DNA of 64,000 bases from Squalus acanthias (Eukaryota): positions 138,014,001-138,078,000 of the forward strand of contig CM059432.1 of assembly GCA_030390025.1 (NCBI GenBank), read 5' to 3'. Position numbers and translations under genes: made by a program. A model generated the notes under the pieces. The model was not told the DNA's origin and did no database searches. It saw only the letters and a program-made list of their open reading frames with translations. This document shows, piece by piece, positions 12,701 through 26,015 of this stretch (position 1 is its first letter; the number at the start of each line of letters is the position of its first letter).

Positions 12701-12802
12701 GGTACAAAAGCAACAGACAAAGTAAGTTATGGGAAAAAAGTGCTACGAGGAAGGATTATAACAGTGGTAGCAATGAAGACTGCATCTAATTTTCCATCAC
12801 GA

Positions 12803-13545
12803 TTCATAGAATCATAGAATGAAACAGCACAGAAGGAGGCCGTTTGGCCCATTGTGCCTGTCCTGGCTCATTGAAAGAGCGATCCAATTAGTCCCACTCC
12901 CCCTGCGCTTTCTCCATAACCCTGCAAATTTTTCCCCTTCAAATATTTATCCAATTCCCTTTTGAAAGTTACTATTGAATCTGCTTCCACCGCCCTTTCA
13001 GGCAGCGCATTCCAGATCACAACAACTCGCTGCGTTAAAAAAAAAAAAAATTCTCACCATCTCGCCTCTGGTTCTTTTGCCAGTTACCTTAAATCTGTGT
13101 CCTCTGGTTACCGACGCTAATAGAATCATAGAATGGTTACAGCACGGAAGAAGGCCATTCGGCCTGTCGAGCCCGTGCCGACTCTCAGTTAGTCCCACTC
13201 CCCTGCTCTTTCCCCTGCAATTTTTTTTCCTTCAGGTACTTATCCAATTCCCTTTTGAAAGATAAGATTGAGTCTGCCTCCACCACCCTTTCAGGCAGTG
13301 CATTCCAGATCCTAACCACTCGCTGGGTAAAAAAGTTTTTTCTTACGTCGCCTTTGGTTCTTTTGCCAATCACCTTAAATCTGTGTCCTCTGGTTATCGA
13401 CCCTTCAGCCACTGGAAACAGTTTCTCTTTATTTACTCTATCTAAACCCTTCATGATTTTAAACACCTCTATCAAATCTCCACTTAACCTTCTCTACTCT
13501 AAGGAGAACAACCCCAGCTCTCTAGTCTCTCCACATCACTGAATC
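12803..13545 (-). mobile_element. Two tandem CR1 3' fragments (12803-13117, 13120-13545)
   Basis: Two (catagaat)n tails; ORFs 12998-13198 and 13185-13475 encode TRGHRFKV..NFF. Confidence 0.9.
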
Positions 13546-13552
13546 CACCCTC

Positions 13553-14705
13553 GAGTCATAACAGCACAGAAGGAGGCCATTCGGCCCATCGAGTCCGTGC
13601 CGGCTCTCTGTAGAGCAATCCAGTCAGTCCCATTCCCCCGCTCTATCCCCGTAGCCCTGCAAGTTTATTTCCCTCAAGTGCCTATCCAGTCTCCCCTTGA
13701 AAACATTGAGTGTCTCTGCTTCCACCACTTCCGTCGGCAGCGAATTCCGGGTCATCACCACTCGCTGCGTAAAAAAAGTTTTTTCTCACATCCCCTCTGT
13801 ATCTCTTGCCCAAAACCTTAAATCTGTGTCCCCTAGTCCTTGTACCATCAACTAGTGGGAACAGCCATTCCCCGTCTAGCCTATCCAAACCAGTCATAAT
13901 CTTGTACACCTCGATCAAATCACCCCTCAACCTCCTTTGCTCTAATGAAAACAAATCCAGCTGCTCCAACCTGTCCGTGTAGCTAAGCTCCCCCATCCCT
14001 GGAACCATTCTGGTAAATCTCCTCTGCACCCTCTCAAGGGCCTTTACATCCTTCCTAAAGTGTGTTGACCAGAACTGGATGCAATACTCCAGTTGTGGCC
14101 TAACCAGCACTTTATAAAGATTCTGCATAACTTCTCTACTTTTGTACTCAATACCTCTATTTATGAAGCCCAAGATCCCATATGCTTTGTTAACCACTCT
14201 CTCAATATGTCCTGCCACCTTCAGGGACCTATTCACATTAACTCCTAGGTCCCTCTGTCCCTGCACACTCTTTAAAACTGTGCCATTAAGTGTATATTGC
14301 CTCTCCCAGTTCCTTCTGCCAAAATGCATCACCTCACACTTCTCTGTACTAAACTCCATCTGCCACCTGTCTGCCCACTCTGCCAGCCTCTCTATGTCCC
14401 GTTGCAGTCGATTGGTATCACCCTCACTGTTTGCCACACCCCCAAGTTTGGTGTCATCAGCAAATTTAGAAATTCTACACTGTATTCCAATATCCAGGTC
14501 ATTTATATATATCAAAAAAAGCAGTGGCCCCAGCACTGACCCTTGGGGAACACCACTATCTACCATCCTCCAGTCTGAAAAACAGCCATTTACCACAACT
14601 TGCTGTTTTCTATCCTTAAGCCAATTCCTTATCCAAGCTGCCACTGACCCACCTATTCCATGAACCTCAATTTTGTTAACCAGCCTTCTATGTGGTACTT
14701 CCTCT
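13553..14705 (-). mobile_element. CR1 LINE with RT fragment (ORF 13682-14710), young subfamily
   Basis: [30 protein letters not shown] motifs; near-identical to 26016-27150. Confidence 0.95.
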
Positions 14706-15149
14706 AACATAAGCAGGTCGGTTTCAGATTAATTTAAAATGTTGAGGAGGCTGGAATATGGCTTTGGGTAAATGAGGTATAAACCGCCACTAATTCAAGT
14801 ATATGATGGTCTCACCTCATTTTACTGGGAATTCTGACACGTCCAGTATCTGTGCACAGCAAGCGATCAGAGCGCCGAGCCATTGCATTGCTGTGAGTTT
14901 GTGTCCACTGTTGCTCCTTGATCAATGCAGAGGCGAGTGAGATTAAGCGGGTTGTCACCGAATCCGCTTTTGGATCCCCAACGCCTGATAAAACCGGGGC
15001 CACTCCTTCCGTTGTCGTACTGTTCCAGTGAGCTGTACCGTTCTCAGTATCTAATTCGAAATGTACCGCTGCAGTATGAGCAATTGTTTGTGCCAGTCAA
15101 AGACGTTAAAGTTGTGGTTTAAGTACTTTTGCTTTTCGTTGCCAACTAT

Positions 15150-15650
15150 CCTCAGCAGACAGTAAAATGCCGATGTCCGCTATTGCACTCGGCCAATCGC
15201 AAAAAAAAGGAATACACTTGCACAGACTACTTTTTCATTCGAGTTTCATCTGTTGTGACAAAATTGAAGAGATTTTTTTTTAATTTTTGATTTATGGCCT
15301 CGCCTCCCCTCAGGTTCAAAGGGATGATGTTTAACATGGCAAAATCTGTCATGCACAGAGGAGGGGCCCCCAATCTCAGCCGCTGCTGCAAAATTTATTA
15401 TATTTCTCTTTTACTTTTAATGAAACCAAAGATTTAAAAAAAAACGAAAGGCTCAAGGCAGTTTGCGTTGCAGCCAACAAGGTGCCCTTTAGTTCTAAAA
15501 GCAAGCTGCTCCTCGTTTTGCTGAGGAACTTTTAATTCCTGCCTGTAAACACGTTGTTGCAGCATTAGTCTGCAGTGGTGCAAGAGCCTGGTACTTTTAT
15601 GTTATTGGGACGAGGCACCACAATCTCACTATTAATGAGCCCCAAGAAGA
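15150..15650. promoter_or_regulatory. Candidate developmental enhancer / conserved non-coding element
   Basis: TE-free block with TGATTTATGG (15288), TTCAAAGG (15315), CTGTCA (15346), GTAAACA (15545). Motifs only; conservation untested. Confidence 0.35.
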
Positions 15651-15724
15651 GATGATTGCAGGAGTGTGTGTTGACCAGAGCTTGCTTGGCCTTGGTTTTA
15701 AATACAGTTGTGTCGCAGTGTATA

Positions 15725-16107
15725 TTCTCTCATCCTTGTTTTCCAATCCCTCCATGGCTTCGCCCCCCCCCCCCCCACTATCTGTGTAACCTCCTCCAAC
15801 CCTACAACCCTCCGAGATCTCTGCGCTCCTCCAATCCTGGCCTCTTGCGCATCCCCGATTTTCATCGCTCCACCATTAGGCGGCCCTGCCTTCAGCCGCC
15901 TAGGCCCGAAACTCTGGAATTCCATCCCTAAAGCTCTCCGCCTCTCTTTCCTTTCAGACCTACCTTTTTTGACCAAGCTTCTGTCACCTGGCCTAATATC
16001 TCTTCATGTGGCTCGGTGTCAAATTTTGCTTGATAACGCCCCTGTGAAGCACCTCGGGACGTTTTACTACGTTAAAGGCGCTATATAAATGCAAGTTGCA
16101 GTTGTTG
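15725..16107 (+). mobile_element. L2-clade LINE 3' end
   Basis: Family match, (ttg)-type tail. Confidence 0.85.
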
Positions 16108-17069
16108 CATTTAACACCTAACCTGCAAGGATCGGTTGCGATTGCTGCAATCTGCGATGGAGCTAAGAACAGTTTGAGAGAAAGGATGGTTTGTGTCTTG
16201 CAAGCAGCTTTTCATGACGACAGTTAAGCAACACTTAGAATTTGTTTAACAGGTGACAAAATTGTGTAATGTTAAAAAAAAACAGTATTTTGCTAATTTT
16301 CTAATGGGCAGCGAAAGCAGCAACTATACATAACTGTTACGCCCATCCTTTCAAAACGAGGGTTGGTACAACTCTCTCCGGTGCCAGATGCAAGGTCAAT
16401 CTTCATTCTTCCAAGGGAGATTTAATAGGAAGCTTCACTATTTTAATAATGCATTCTACTGCCATGTTTTATTTTCTGTACCTTGTTTGCTACGTTAATG
16501 GGAGTTTTTCTTTTAAAGTGTGGCTGCCAATAATAACATCGCCTCCTTTCATACTTCCATCTTCATAGTAGAAATTACTTTTGAAACCTTGTATATTTCG
16601 GGGTTCTCAGGCATGAGGTTTCTGCCTGCCTGCAGCACATACATGCCTGTGAGCTGAACATTTTATTGTCAGTTTAATCCAGTGCAGATGTTGAAATAAT
16701 TACCGTGTGGTGTTACAACTGTGTTTTAGAAGGAGTCAGAAAGGGTTAGCAGAAGAGTACATTGTAAATGCAAATGAGTTACGGAAATGTATTCGCCACA
16801 CTTAAAACATAATGCTGGTTTTCTTACAAATGATTGTGGTGTTAAGATGTAATGAATCAGCATTACAAATTAATTGTACAGCGAATGTGCTGATCTTATT
16901 AAGGCCATTCTTATTTAAATTTTCTGCTTTCTTGTGTGTTTTCTCGTTTTGACAGATTGACTAGAAATTAAGGAAAACCACTTCCTTTTTTTAATTTATT
17001 GCAGAAGTGGTGCAGGGTAGCAGAAAATTCATATGATGATTCATAGTTCCTTTCAGAATGGGAAGTCTT

Positions 17070-17527
17070 AAAAAGAAAGGAAGACTTGCATTTATATAGC
17101 GCCTTTCACAACCACCGGACACCCCAAAGCGCCTTACAGCCAATGAAGTACAGTCACTGTTGTAATGTGGGAAACGCAGCAGCCAATTTGCGCACAGCAA
17201 GCTCCCACAGACAGCAATGTGATAATGACCGGATAATCTGTTTCTGTTATGTTGGTTGAGGGATAAATATTGGCCAGCACACCGGGGAGAACTCCCCTGC
17301 TCTTCTTCAAAATAGTGCCATGGGATCTTTTACGCCCACCTGAGAGAGCAGACGGGGCCTCGGTTTAACGTCTCATCCGAAGGACGGCACCCCCGACAGT
17401 GCAGCACTCCCTCAGCACTGCACTGAAGTGTCAGCCTAGATTATTGTGCTCAAGTCCCTGGAGTGGGACTTGAGCCCACAACCTTCTGACTCAAAGGCAA
17501 GGTGCTACCCACTGAGCCACAGCTGAC
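17070..17527 (-). mobile_element. Full-length Deu-type SINE
   Basis: Minus strand has A box TGGCTCAGTGG, B-box-like GGCTCAAGTCC, body and L2-type tail. Confidence 0.9.
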
Positions 17528-17558
17528 CCTACAAGATGAAAAAGAGCCAAAAAACAAA

Positions 17559-18272
17559 GGGGGAGAAATTCATTATAGCCCCGTTTGGGGCACTAACTTT
17601 TGAAAGTTGAAAAAATTAGCGCCAGGCGCTAATGTTTTTCAACTTTTAAAAATTCGGTTTTGTGCTCCAGGAAAGAAGTGGGGCGCTAAATCAGGCACTC
17701 CACCTCCTTGCTGGAGTGCAACAGGTAGCAGCGGGGCGGTAGGTGAGCAGCGCTGCACACCTTAAAGGGAAGGGCCATCGCTGCAGGCTCTGCAAGGAAA
17801 AAACTTACCTGATCCCTGACGGCAGCCGCGATCCGGCCCGATCAGCCCGATGCGCTGCAGCAGAGTGCCGGGCTGATCGATCGCTGGTGAAGAAAAATTT
17901 AAAACAAACCAGAAAGCATTTGAGATTTTTTTTCACTTACCTCGGCCACCTCGCCTTTAAGTATCGCCCCCGAAGCGCCCGGCCTCCCGATGAACACCTC
18001 CTGCAGCTGCCGGTGTTTTCGCCCGGCGATGCTGCAAGGGGCGGAACCGAAGTTCGGGTCCAGGGCGCTACCGGGGCGATGCGCACGGCGATGACGTCAC
18101 GATCTCCGGGCGAAGGAGATCGGGGCGCAACGCCATACCGCCGCCACAAACCTCCCGCTGAATGTAACGGGAGTCGATCTTCTCACCGCGCACGGGCGAT
18201 AATTGATTAGCGCCCCGTTATCGCCCTCCGGAGGTGATAACGGGAGGCGCTAAAGTGCCCAATTTCTAGCCC
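17559..18272. mobile_element. GC-rich Harbinger-type MITE (family A)
   Basis: Imperfect TIRs GGGGGAGAAATT / AATTTCTAGCCC, AAA on both sides, repeated GGCGCTA/TAGCGCC. Confidence 0.8.
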
Positions 18273-18359
18273 AAAATTCTGTGTAATTATTTTAATTCTG
18301 TAGTTGCTCTTGATATGTGAAGAACAAATAATATTTTCTGGTCAGCAATTCAGAAAATA

Positions 18360-18540
18360 GTTGAGTATATTCAAGACAGAGATCGATAGATTTTTGGACT
18401 CTAAGGGAATCAAGGAATATGGGGATCGGGCAGGAAAGTGGAGTTGAGGTAAAAGATCAGCCATGATCTTATTGAATGGCGGAGCAGGCTCAAAATGCTG
18501 AATGGTCTACTCCTGCTCCTATTTTTTATGTTCTTATATT
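18360..18540 (+). mobile_element. CR1 3' end
   Basis: Matches 43980-44159; (ttcttatg)-type tail. Confidence 0.85.
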
Positions 18541-18617
18541 CTTCTGTTAGAAGTGAAGCTGTCGTTACTGAACAGCTTGTTCATAATTCAGCGTTTTATT
18601 CCTTTTTTTTTGAACAG

Positions 18618-18674
18618 GGAGAGATTTACAGCAAACTTAATTCAATTCCACATTTAAAAGTTGACCATGTCAGG
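18618..18674 (+). other. Candidate orphan exon (GEIYSKLNSIPHLKVDHVR)
   Basis: Strong acceptor ttccttttttttgaacAG, donor AGG|GTAAGG, 57 nt, single open frame; peptide not recognised. Confidence 0.3.
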
Positions 18675-19934
18675 GTAAGGCCGTGGTAATATTGATTGTG
18701 TGTATGGCAGATTATGTTTAAATAGATAGTAGAATGCCAAAGTGGTGATTGTGATCTTTTGTATTCTATTAATAATTGTAATCTAACATTTTATATTTAC
18801 ATATAATACCAAAAGTACAATGAAATAGTACTGCTATATTTTCTAAGAAATGTGCTCGGAAACCTACTGTAAAATAGGTTTCAATTACTTAAAGGAAAAT
18901 GATTTTGTTTCAGGGATTAGATGATTACTGATTCATTTCCTTACTGCCCCATGGGCACAGTTATGCTTCCAGACTTGCATGTTGTCCTTATTTTGAGCCT
19001 TGTAATGCATCCTGTATGATATCATTTTCCAATATAAATATTGTGAAGTTAATCTTAAATATATATATACCGTCATAAGTATGTATGAGAAACTGTGGAA
19101 ACTCAAGTCTGTTTGACAACCTTTCTGTGGTTGTTTTAACTGATCAGTTAATTGTGCAGAAGACAAAAATAAGTAATCATTAATCTACTTAGGTAATTCT
19201 CAAATTACTCTTTGTTTAACCCTCTTGGCTTTGCCTAGCACAATACATTTTAAGCAGCAGGACCTGAGACAGCTGTCTGCCTCAGAGTAGTACATCATGT
19301 TATTAGCGTTCATTTTAAGTCTAAGTTTCAGCTTTATAGATGTGGTACAGGGATGTGAAGCTTAGCAGTTCTGGGGATTTATGGCGCTGTGTGCAAACTG
19401 TAGTGCAGAAGTGGATGATAGCCTTTGACAATGGTCTGAAGGCAAATCAGTTTTTACCATCGGGGCTGCTTTATCTAGGTTGCTGTTAGATTAGCGTTGA
19501 TTAGGGGATTATAGGATGCATCTCAAATAGGAACTGGATTGCCTCTGGGACTAATATATATGTGTAGTTAATAATCACCAAGATATGACTGGAATTTGAG
19601 TCTGGGTATTGTTAGGGGCCTTTTTCTTCTTCCTTTCGACTGATTGAAGTTTGAAGAACGATTATTATGCGGACAAATTGAACAGGAAGTGATTGGAGTA
19701 CATCGACAGGAAGGGCCACGGTTAATTCCACTGCCAGACGCAGTCCTTGTGTTCTAAAGTGTGTGGAAATGATTCTATAATTGAAGAGGAAGGATATCTT
19801 TATGGTTACACAATTAAAGACATTGGCTACCCAATATAGATCCCGTTAGTCTGAATTAAAAGTCATACATTTAATCTGTTCACTAGTACAGTTTTATTTA
19901 TTTCACTCGTCTGAGGCACGCTTGAGATATTTTT

Positions 19935-21555
19935 AGTTAAGGATAAAAATTGATAAGGAGGAGGTACTAGAAAGGCTGGCTGTACTTAAAGTAGATAAGT
20001 CACCAGGACCGGATGGGATGCATCCTAGGATGCTGAGGGAAGTAAAGGTGGAAATTGCAGAGGTATTGGCCATAATCTTCCAATCCTCCTTGGATATGGG
20101 GCTGGTGCCAGAGAACTGAAGAATTGTAAATGTTACACCCTTGTTCAAAAAAGGGTGTAAGGATAAACCCAGCAACTACAGACCAGTCAGTTTAACCTCG
20201 GTAGTGGGGAAGCTTTTACAAACGATAATCAGGGACAAAATTAACAGTCACTTGGACAAGTATGGATTAATTAAGGAAAGCCAGCACGGATTTGTTAAAG
20301 GCAAATAATGTTTAACTAACTTGATCGAGTATTTGATGAGGTAACAGAGAGGGTTGATGAGGATAATGCGGTTGATGTGGTGTACATGGACTTCCAAAAG
20401 GCGTTTGATAAAGTGCCACATAATAGGCTTGCCAGCAAAGTTGAAGCCCATGGAATAAAAGGGACAGTGGCAGCATGGATACAAAATTAGCTGAGTGACA
20501 GGAAACAGAGTAGTGGTGAAGGGTTGTTTTTCGGACTGGAGGAAGGTATACAGTGGTGTTCCCCAGGGGTCAGTACTAGGACCACTGCTTTCCTTGATAT
20601 ATATTAATGACTTAGACTTGGGTGTACAGGGCACAATTTCAAAATTTGCAGATGACACAAAACTTGAAATATAGTGAACAGTGAGGAGGATAGGGATAGA
20701 CTTCAAGAAGACATAGACAGGCGGGTGGAATGGGTGGACATGTGGCAGATGAAATTTAATGCAGAAAAGTGCGAAGAAGTTTTGATATTTTGGTAGGAAG
20801 AACGAGGAGAGGCAATATAAACTAAAGGGTACAATTCTAAAGGGGGTGCATGAACAGAGAGACCTGGGGGTATATGTGCACAAATCGTTGAAGGTGGCAG
20901 GGCAGGTTGAGAAAGCGGTTAAAAAAGCATACGGGATCCTGGGCTTCATAAATAGAGGCATAGAGTACAAAAGCAAGGAAGTTATGATGAACCTTTATAA
21001 AACACTGGTTCGGCCTCAACTGGAGTATTGTGTCCAATTCTGGGCACCGCACTTTAGGAAGGATGTGAAGGCCTTAGAGAGGGTGCAGAAAAGATTTACA
21101 AGAATGATTCCAGGGATGAGAGACTTCAGTTACATGGATAGACTGGAGAAGCTGGGGTTGTTTTCCTTAGAGCAGAGAAGGTTGAGAGGAGATTTGATAG
21201 AGGTGTTCAAAATCATGAGGGGTCTAGACAGTAGAGAGAGAGAAACTGCTCCCATTGGCGGAAGGGTCGAGGACACAGATTTAAGGTGGTTGGCAGAAGA
21301 ACCAAAGGCGACATGAGGAAAACTTTTTTACGCAGCGAGTGGTTAGGATCTGGAATGCACTGCCTGAAAGGGTGGTGGAGGCAGATTCAATTGCGGCTTT
21401 CAAAAGGGAATTGGATAAGTACCTGAAGGAAAAAAAATTGCAGGGCTACGGGGAAAGGGTGGGGGAGTGGGACTAGCTGAAGTCCTCTTGCAGAGAGCCG
21501 GCACGGGCTCGACGGGCTGACTAGCCTCCTTCTGTGCTGTAACCATTCTATGATT
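19935..21555 (+). mobile_element. CR1 LINE, 5'-truncated ORF2 with stops and frameshifts
   Basis: Encodes [45 protein letters not shown] 20846-21316; CR1 tail. Confidence 0.95.
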
Positions 21556-21832
21556 AAGGAACATGAGATCAGCATTGCGCAAACTGGGTAAGAAGGTGTG
21601 ATCATTATTTAATGGACATTTTTAGAAGCTGCAAAGTTTTGAGGGCCCCAGTGCTGTACATTTGATTCTGAGCAGCTTTCTAGACAGGCTAGTACATAAA
21701 CAGGAATATGGCCAACGAGAAAGTGAGCGAAATTGGTTGTAAAAAGTACACTGTTGATTCTGCTGCGAGCTCTTTATAGATGAAACATTGCACATATAAT
21801 TGTAAGTCTGTGATTTTTAAAAGTTTGTTCTT

Positions 21833-22308
21833 CAACAACAACAACTTGCATTTATATAACGCCTTTAACCTAGTAACACGTCACAAGGTGCTTCACAGGA
21901 GTGATTATCAGACAAAATTTGACACCGAGCCACATAAGGAGATATTAGGTCAGGTGACCAAAAGCTCGATCGAAAAGGTAGGTTTTAAGGAGCGACTTAG
22001 AGGAAGTAGAGAGCTGGAGAGGCAGGGAGGGAATTCCAGAGCTTAGGGCCGAGGCAGCTGAAGGCACGGCCGCTAACGATGGACTGATAAAAATCAGTGA
22101 TGCGCAAGAGGCCAGAATTAGAGGAGGGCAGAGATCTCAGAGTGTTGTAGGACTGGAGGGAGTTACAGAGATAGGGAGGGGCGAGGCCATGGAGGTGATC
22201 TGAAACCAAGGATGAGAGAATTTGAAAATCGAGGTGTTGCTGGACCGGGAGCCAATGTCGGACAGCGAGAACAGGGGTGCTGGATGAACGGGACTTGGTG
22301 CGAGTTAC
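21833..22308 (-). mobile_element. L2-clade LINE 3' end
   Basis: (caa)n tail at left; reverse complement of the family sequence. Confidence 0.85.
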
Positions 22309-22314
22309 TGCATC

Positions 22315-24750
22315 CTATAGATGGTGTATTACTGCAGCCACAATGAGCTGGTGATGGAGGAGTTGGATACTCAGTCCAGTGGCAGGGATGCTGCTGAAGT
22401 GGACTGCACTGTCCTGAATGGTGTCACGCTTCTTAAGTGTTGTTGGAGCTGCACCCATTCAAGCGGTGAGTATTCAATTTTAAGCCTTGTTTGCGGTGGA
22501 GAAGTATTGAGGAGTCAGGAGGTGAGTCACTTGTCGCAAAGTACCCAGCCTTTGACCTGCTCTTGTAGTCACAGTATTTATGTGGCTGGTTCAGTTAAGC
22601 TAATGGTCAGTGGTGACCCCCAGGATGTTGATGATGGGGGAGTCGGGGATGGTAATGCCAATGGAAGCTTCCGGATGGAGGATGGGCATTTTCTTGTTGG
22701 AGATGGTCATTGCCTGGCACTTGCGTGATGCAAATGTTCCCTGCCATTTGTCCGCTCAAGCCTGGATGTTGTCTTGGTGCTGCCATAGGATGCTTCATTA
22801 TCAAAGGAGTTGTGAATGGAGCTGAACACTTTCATCAAGCAGCCATATTCCTGACCTTGTGAGGGAGGGAAGGTTGTTGACGAAACAGCTGAAGATGGGT
22901 GGGTCCGAGGACGCTGATCTGAGGAACTCCTGCCGTGATGTGCGGGGGCTGCGATGATTGGCCTCTGAAAACCTCCCTGTGTGTCAGGTAGGAATCCAGC
23001 CACCGGAGAGATTTCCCTTTGGCCCCGTTGACCTTTGTCTTGGTGACCTCCTTGGTGCTATTATCAGTTGAATGCTGCTCTGAGGTCGAAGGCAGTGATC
23101 ATCACCTCTCCTCTGGCAGTCAGCTCCTGTGTCCATATCTGGATAAGGGCTGCTATCACCGCAGGACTTCCTCAGGGCCGATGTCACAGCGAGTCAACTG
23201 AATTGGCTGGAGGCTGGCACCTATGATGCTCAGGAGGTTGAGTGGGATTATTTACTTGACACTTTTAGCTGAAGATGCTTGAAACCACTTCAGCCTTGTC
23301 TCGTCCACTTCTGCTGGGCTCCGTCATAGTCGAGGATGGGAAGGTTCTTGGACCCTGCTTTCCCAGTTAGTTGTCAGATTATCCACCAACATCCCTGCCT
23401 CAGCTTGTCAGGGCTACAGAGTTGTGCTGCGATCCATTGGTTGGCGGGGGGGGGGGGGATCAATTAACCCTGTCTGTAGCATGCTACTCTTGGTGTTTTA
23501 CGTGCAGGTAACTCTACGTTCCAGCAGGAGAGCTTGCTTGTTTGTCTCTGCTTAAGCCTGAAGAAACTTAAAAATTTAAAGTTTAAATTTTAACTTAAAC
23601 AGTTGATCTTACTTAAGAGCTACTAGCGCTTAACACTAGATTTTAAAAGAGATTAACCCTTAAAACTCCCACACTTGCCAAACTCCCAGTTGTTCACTCT
23701 GTGCTCACTGCACTCAACTAGGCATGTATTCGCTAGAATTTAGAGAAATGAGAGGGGATCTCACTGAAACGTATAAAATTCTGACAGAGCTAGACAGACT
23801 GGATGCAGGGAGGATGTTTACCCTGGCTGGGGGGTCTAGACCGAGTGGTCACAGTCTCAGGATACGGGGTAGGACATTTAGGACTGAGATGAGGAGAAAT
23901 TTCTTCACTCAGAGGGTGGTGAACCTGTGGAATTCTCTACCACAGAAGGCTGTGGAGGCCAAGTCACCGAATATATTTAAGAAGGAGATAGATAGATTTC
24001 TAGACACAAAAGGCATCAAGGGGTATGGGGAGAGAGCGGGAATATGGTATTGAAATAATGGATCAGCCATGATCATATTGAATGGCGGAGCAGGCTCGAA
24101 GGGCCGAATGGCCTACTCCCGCTCCTATTTTTCTATGTTTCTATATTTCTATGTTCGCAGCTTAAGTAGGATGGCATCTTATTCTAAGTTGTGCTGTTTC
24201 TGCCATGGCCTTCTACACTATCTATTGAACCAGGGTTGACCTCCCACCTTGATAGTGGTAGAGGAGTGAGGGATGTGCTGGACCAGTAGGTTACAGATTG
24301 TGGTTTGCAATTCTGCAGCTGGCCTACAACATTTCATGGTCGCTCAGTTTGGGTCACTGGATCTATCCAACTTAGCAATGGTGGTAGTGACACACCATGG
24401 AGACTTGATCGGTAGAAGTACTAGCAATGCTGCCATAACAGGTAGGTTAGTGAAGGGGAGGACAAATAGGTTACTCTTTTGTTTTTAAGCTCCACTTGAC
24501 GCAGGCACAGCTTGGTCCTTCGAGACTCATCCAACTTGGCCAGTGGTAGTGTTATACAGCCACGTTTGGTGGTGGACACCCAGAGTATAAGCTGCGCCCT
24601 TGCTTCCCCAAGTGGTATTCAACAAGCGAGGGGGTGGGGGTGGGTACTGATCCGTCAGTTGAGGGGGAGACAGGAGGTTATGATCAGCATGAGATCTCCA
24701 TTGGACTTGTTGAGCTATTCCTGCTTGAATGTTCCTGCACCTTTGGTGAT
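22315..24750 (-). mobile_element. Old degraded copy of the 35.5-kb LINE family, interrupted at about 23525-24155
   Basis: 22540-22940 aligns with 36050-36460 (e.g. ggtgacccccaggatgttgatg). Confidence 0.7.
23715..24155 (+). mobile_element. CR1 3' fragment
   Basis: ORF 23724-24053 YSLEFR..RGDL.ETYKIL..RNFFTQRVVNLWNSLP; (tttctatg)n tail. Confidence 0.9.
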
Positions 24751-24756
24751 GGTGAT

Positions 24757-25097
24757 AAGAATATAAGAACAGGAGGAGGCCAATAAGCCCCTCGAGCCTG
24801 TTCCGTAACTCCATCTACCCACCTTGGTTCTGTAACCCTCAATACCCTTGCATAACAAAAATCTATCAATCTCAGTATTGAAATTTTCAATTGACCCCCA
24901 TTCGCAATAGCTTTTTGTGGGAGAGAGTTCCAGATTTCCACTGTCCTTTGTGTGAAGAAGTGCTTTTTGACATCACCCCTGAACGGCCTAGCTCTAATTT
25001 TAAGGTTATGCCCCCTTGTTCTAGATTCCTCCGCCAGAGGAAATGGTTTCTGTCTACCCTATCAAGTCCTTTAATCATCTTAAACACCTCAGTTAGA
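24757..25097 (-). mobile_element. CR1 3' fragment
   Basis: Similar to 3325-3825. Confidence 0.8.
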
Positions 25098-25121
25098 ATT
25101 TTCTATATTCATAGAGTCATA

Positions 25122-26015
25122 GGGGGAGAAATTCAGTATCGCCCCATTTGGGGCGCAATTATCGGCCGGGCGCAAAGATTAGCGCCTGGCGCTAATTATC
25201 GCCACCGACTGCAAACTTGACTTTTATCGCCCCTGGAGGTGATTGGAGCGCTAAATCAGGCGCTGCACACCTGTCTTAAGGCGCAAAGGCCGAGGAGCGA
25301 GGCGCTACCTCAGAGCGCTGGCGAAGCTCATGTAATGTCAGTCAGCAATGGAACACACACACAATGGCATGGGCCAGTTCTTAAAGGGGATGGTTAATCT
25401 TGCTTTCCATCCACATCCTGCTCATTGCAGCCTTGAATCTCGGCCTGGAGAGACATGCACATCAAATCTGCTGGAAAGAACAATGGAGAGTACCAGGCAA
25501 AGAGCTCAGAGTGCAGCCCCCACAGTCTCTTCTAAATCGATACAAGGAATGGCAAATCAAAATGAACCTGCAAAGTGCTGCTCAGTACCCAAAACTCCTT
25601 CACACAATGTTGAATCTCTCCAGAAGTCTCTCTCTCTCTCTCTCTCAGAATGCGTAGTTCAAAAATGGCACCAACAATAAAAGGCAGGAAGCGGTCACCT
25701 TTAAATAGCGCTCCCCCTTTCCCTTCATGACTGCAGAACGCTCCCCTCAACCTGTCGTTGCTAGCGTCAGGCAGTAAGGCAGGGGGCGCCACTCAATATC
25801 CGCTCCGGGGCGATACCGGGGCGTTGCGCACTCGACTGACGTCACGATCTGCCGGCGCAGGAGATCATGGCGGTAGTGTTTAGCGCCGCCGCAAAATGTC
25901 TAGTTAATTTCGCGAGCGGCCCAAACTTCGCCGCGCCTGGGCGCTAGATGCTTTGTGCCTCTTAGCGCCCTCTTAAGGCGCTAACAGGAGGCGCAACCAA
26001 CTGAATTTTTCCCCC
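25122..26015. mobile_element. Harbinger-type MITE (family A-related) inserted in a CR1 tail
   Basis: TIRs GGGGGAGAAATTCAGT / ACTGAATTTTTCCCCC, 3-bp TSD ATA, splits the (catagagt)n tail. Confidence 0.85.

Noticed and set aside
14142..14663. Antisense ORFs over CR1 (also 996-1625, 20248-20976, 26595-27107)
   Set aside because: Shadow frames recurring on every CR1 copy, with no recognisable domain.
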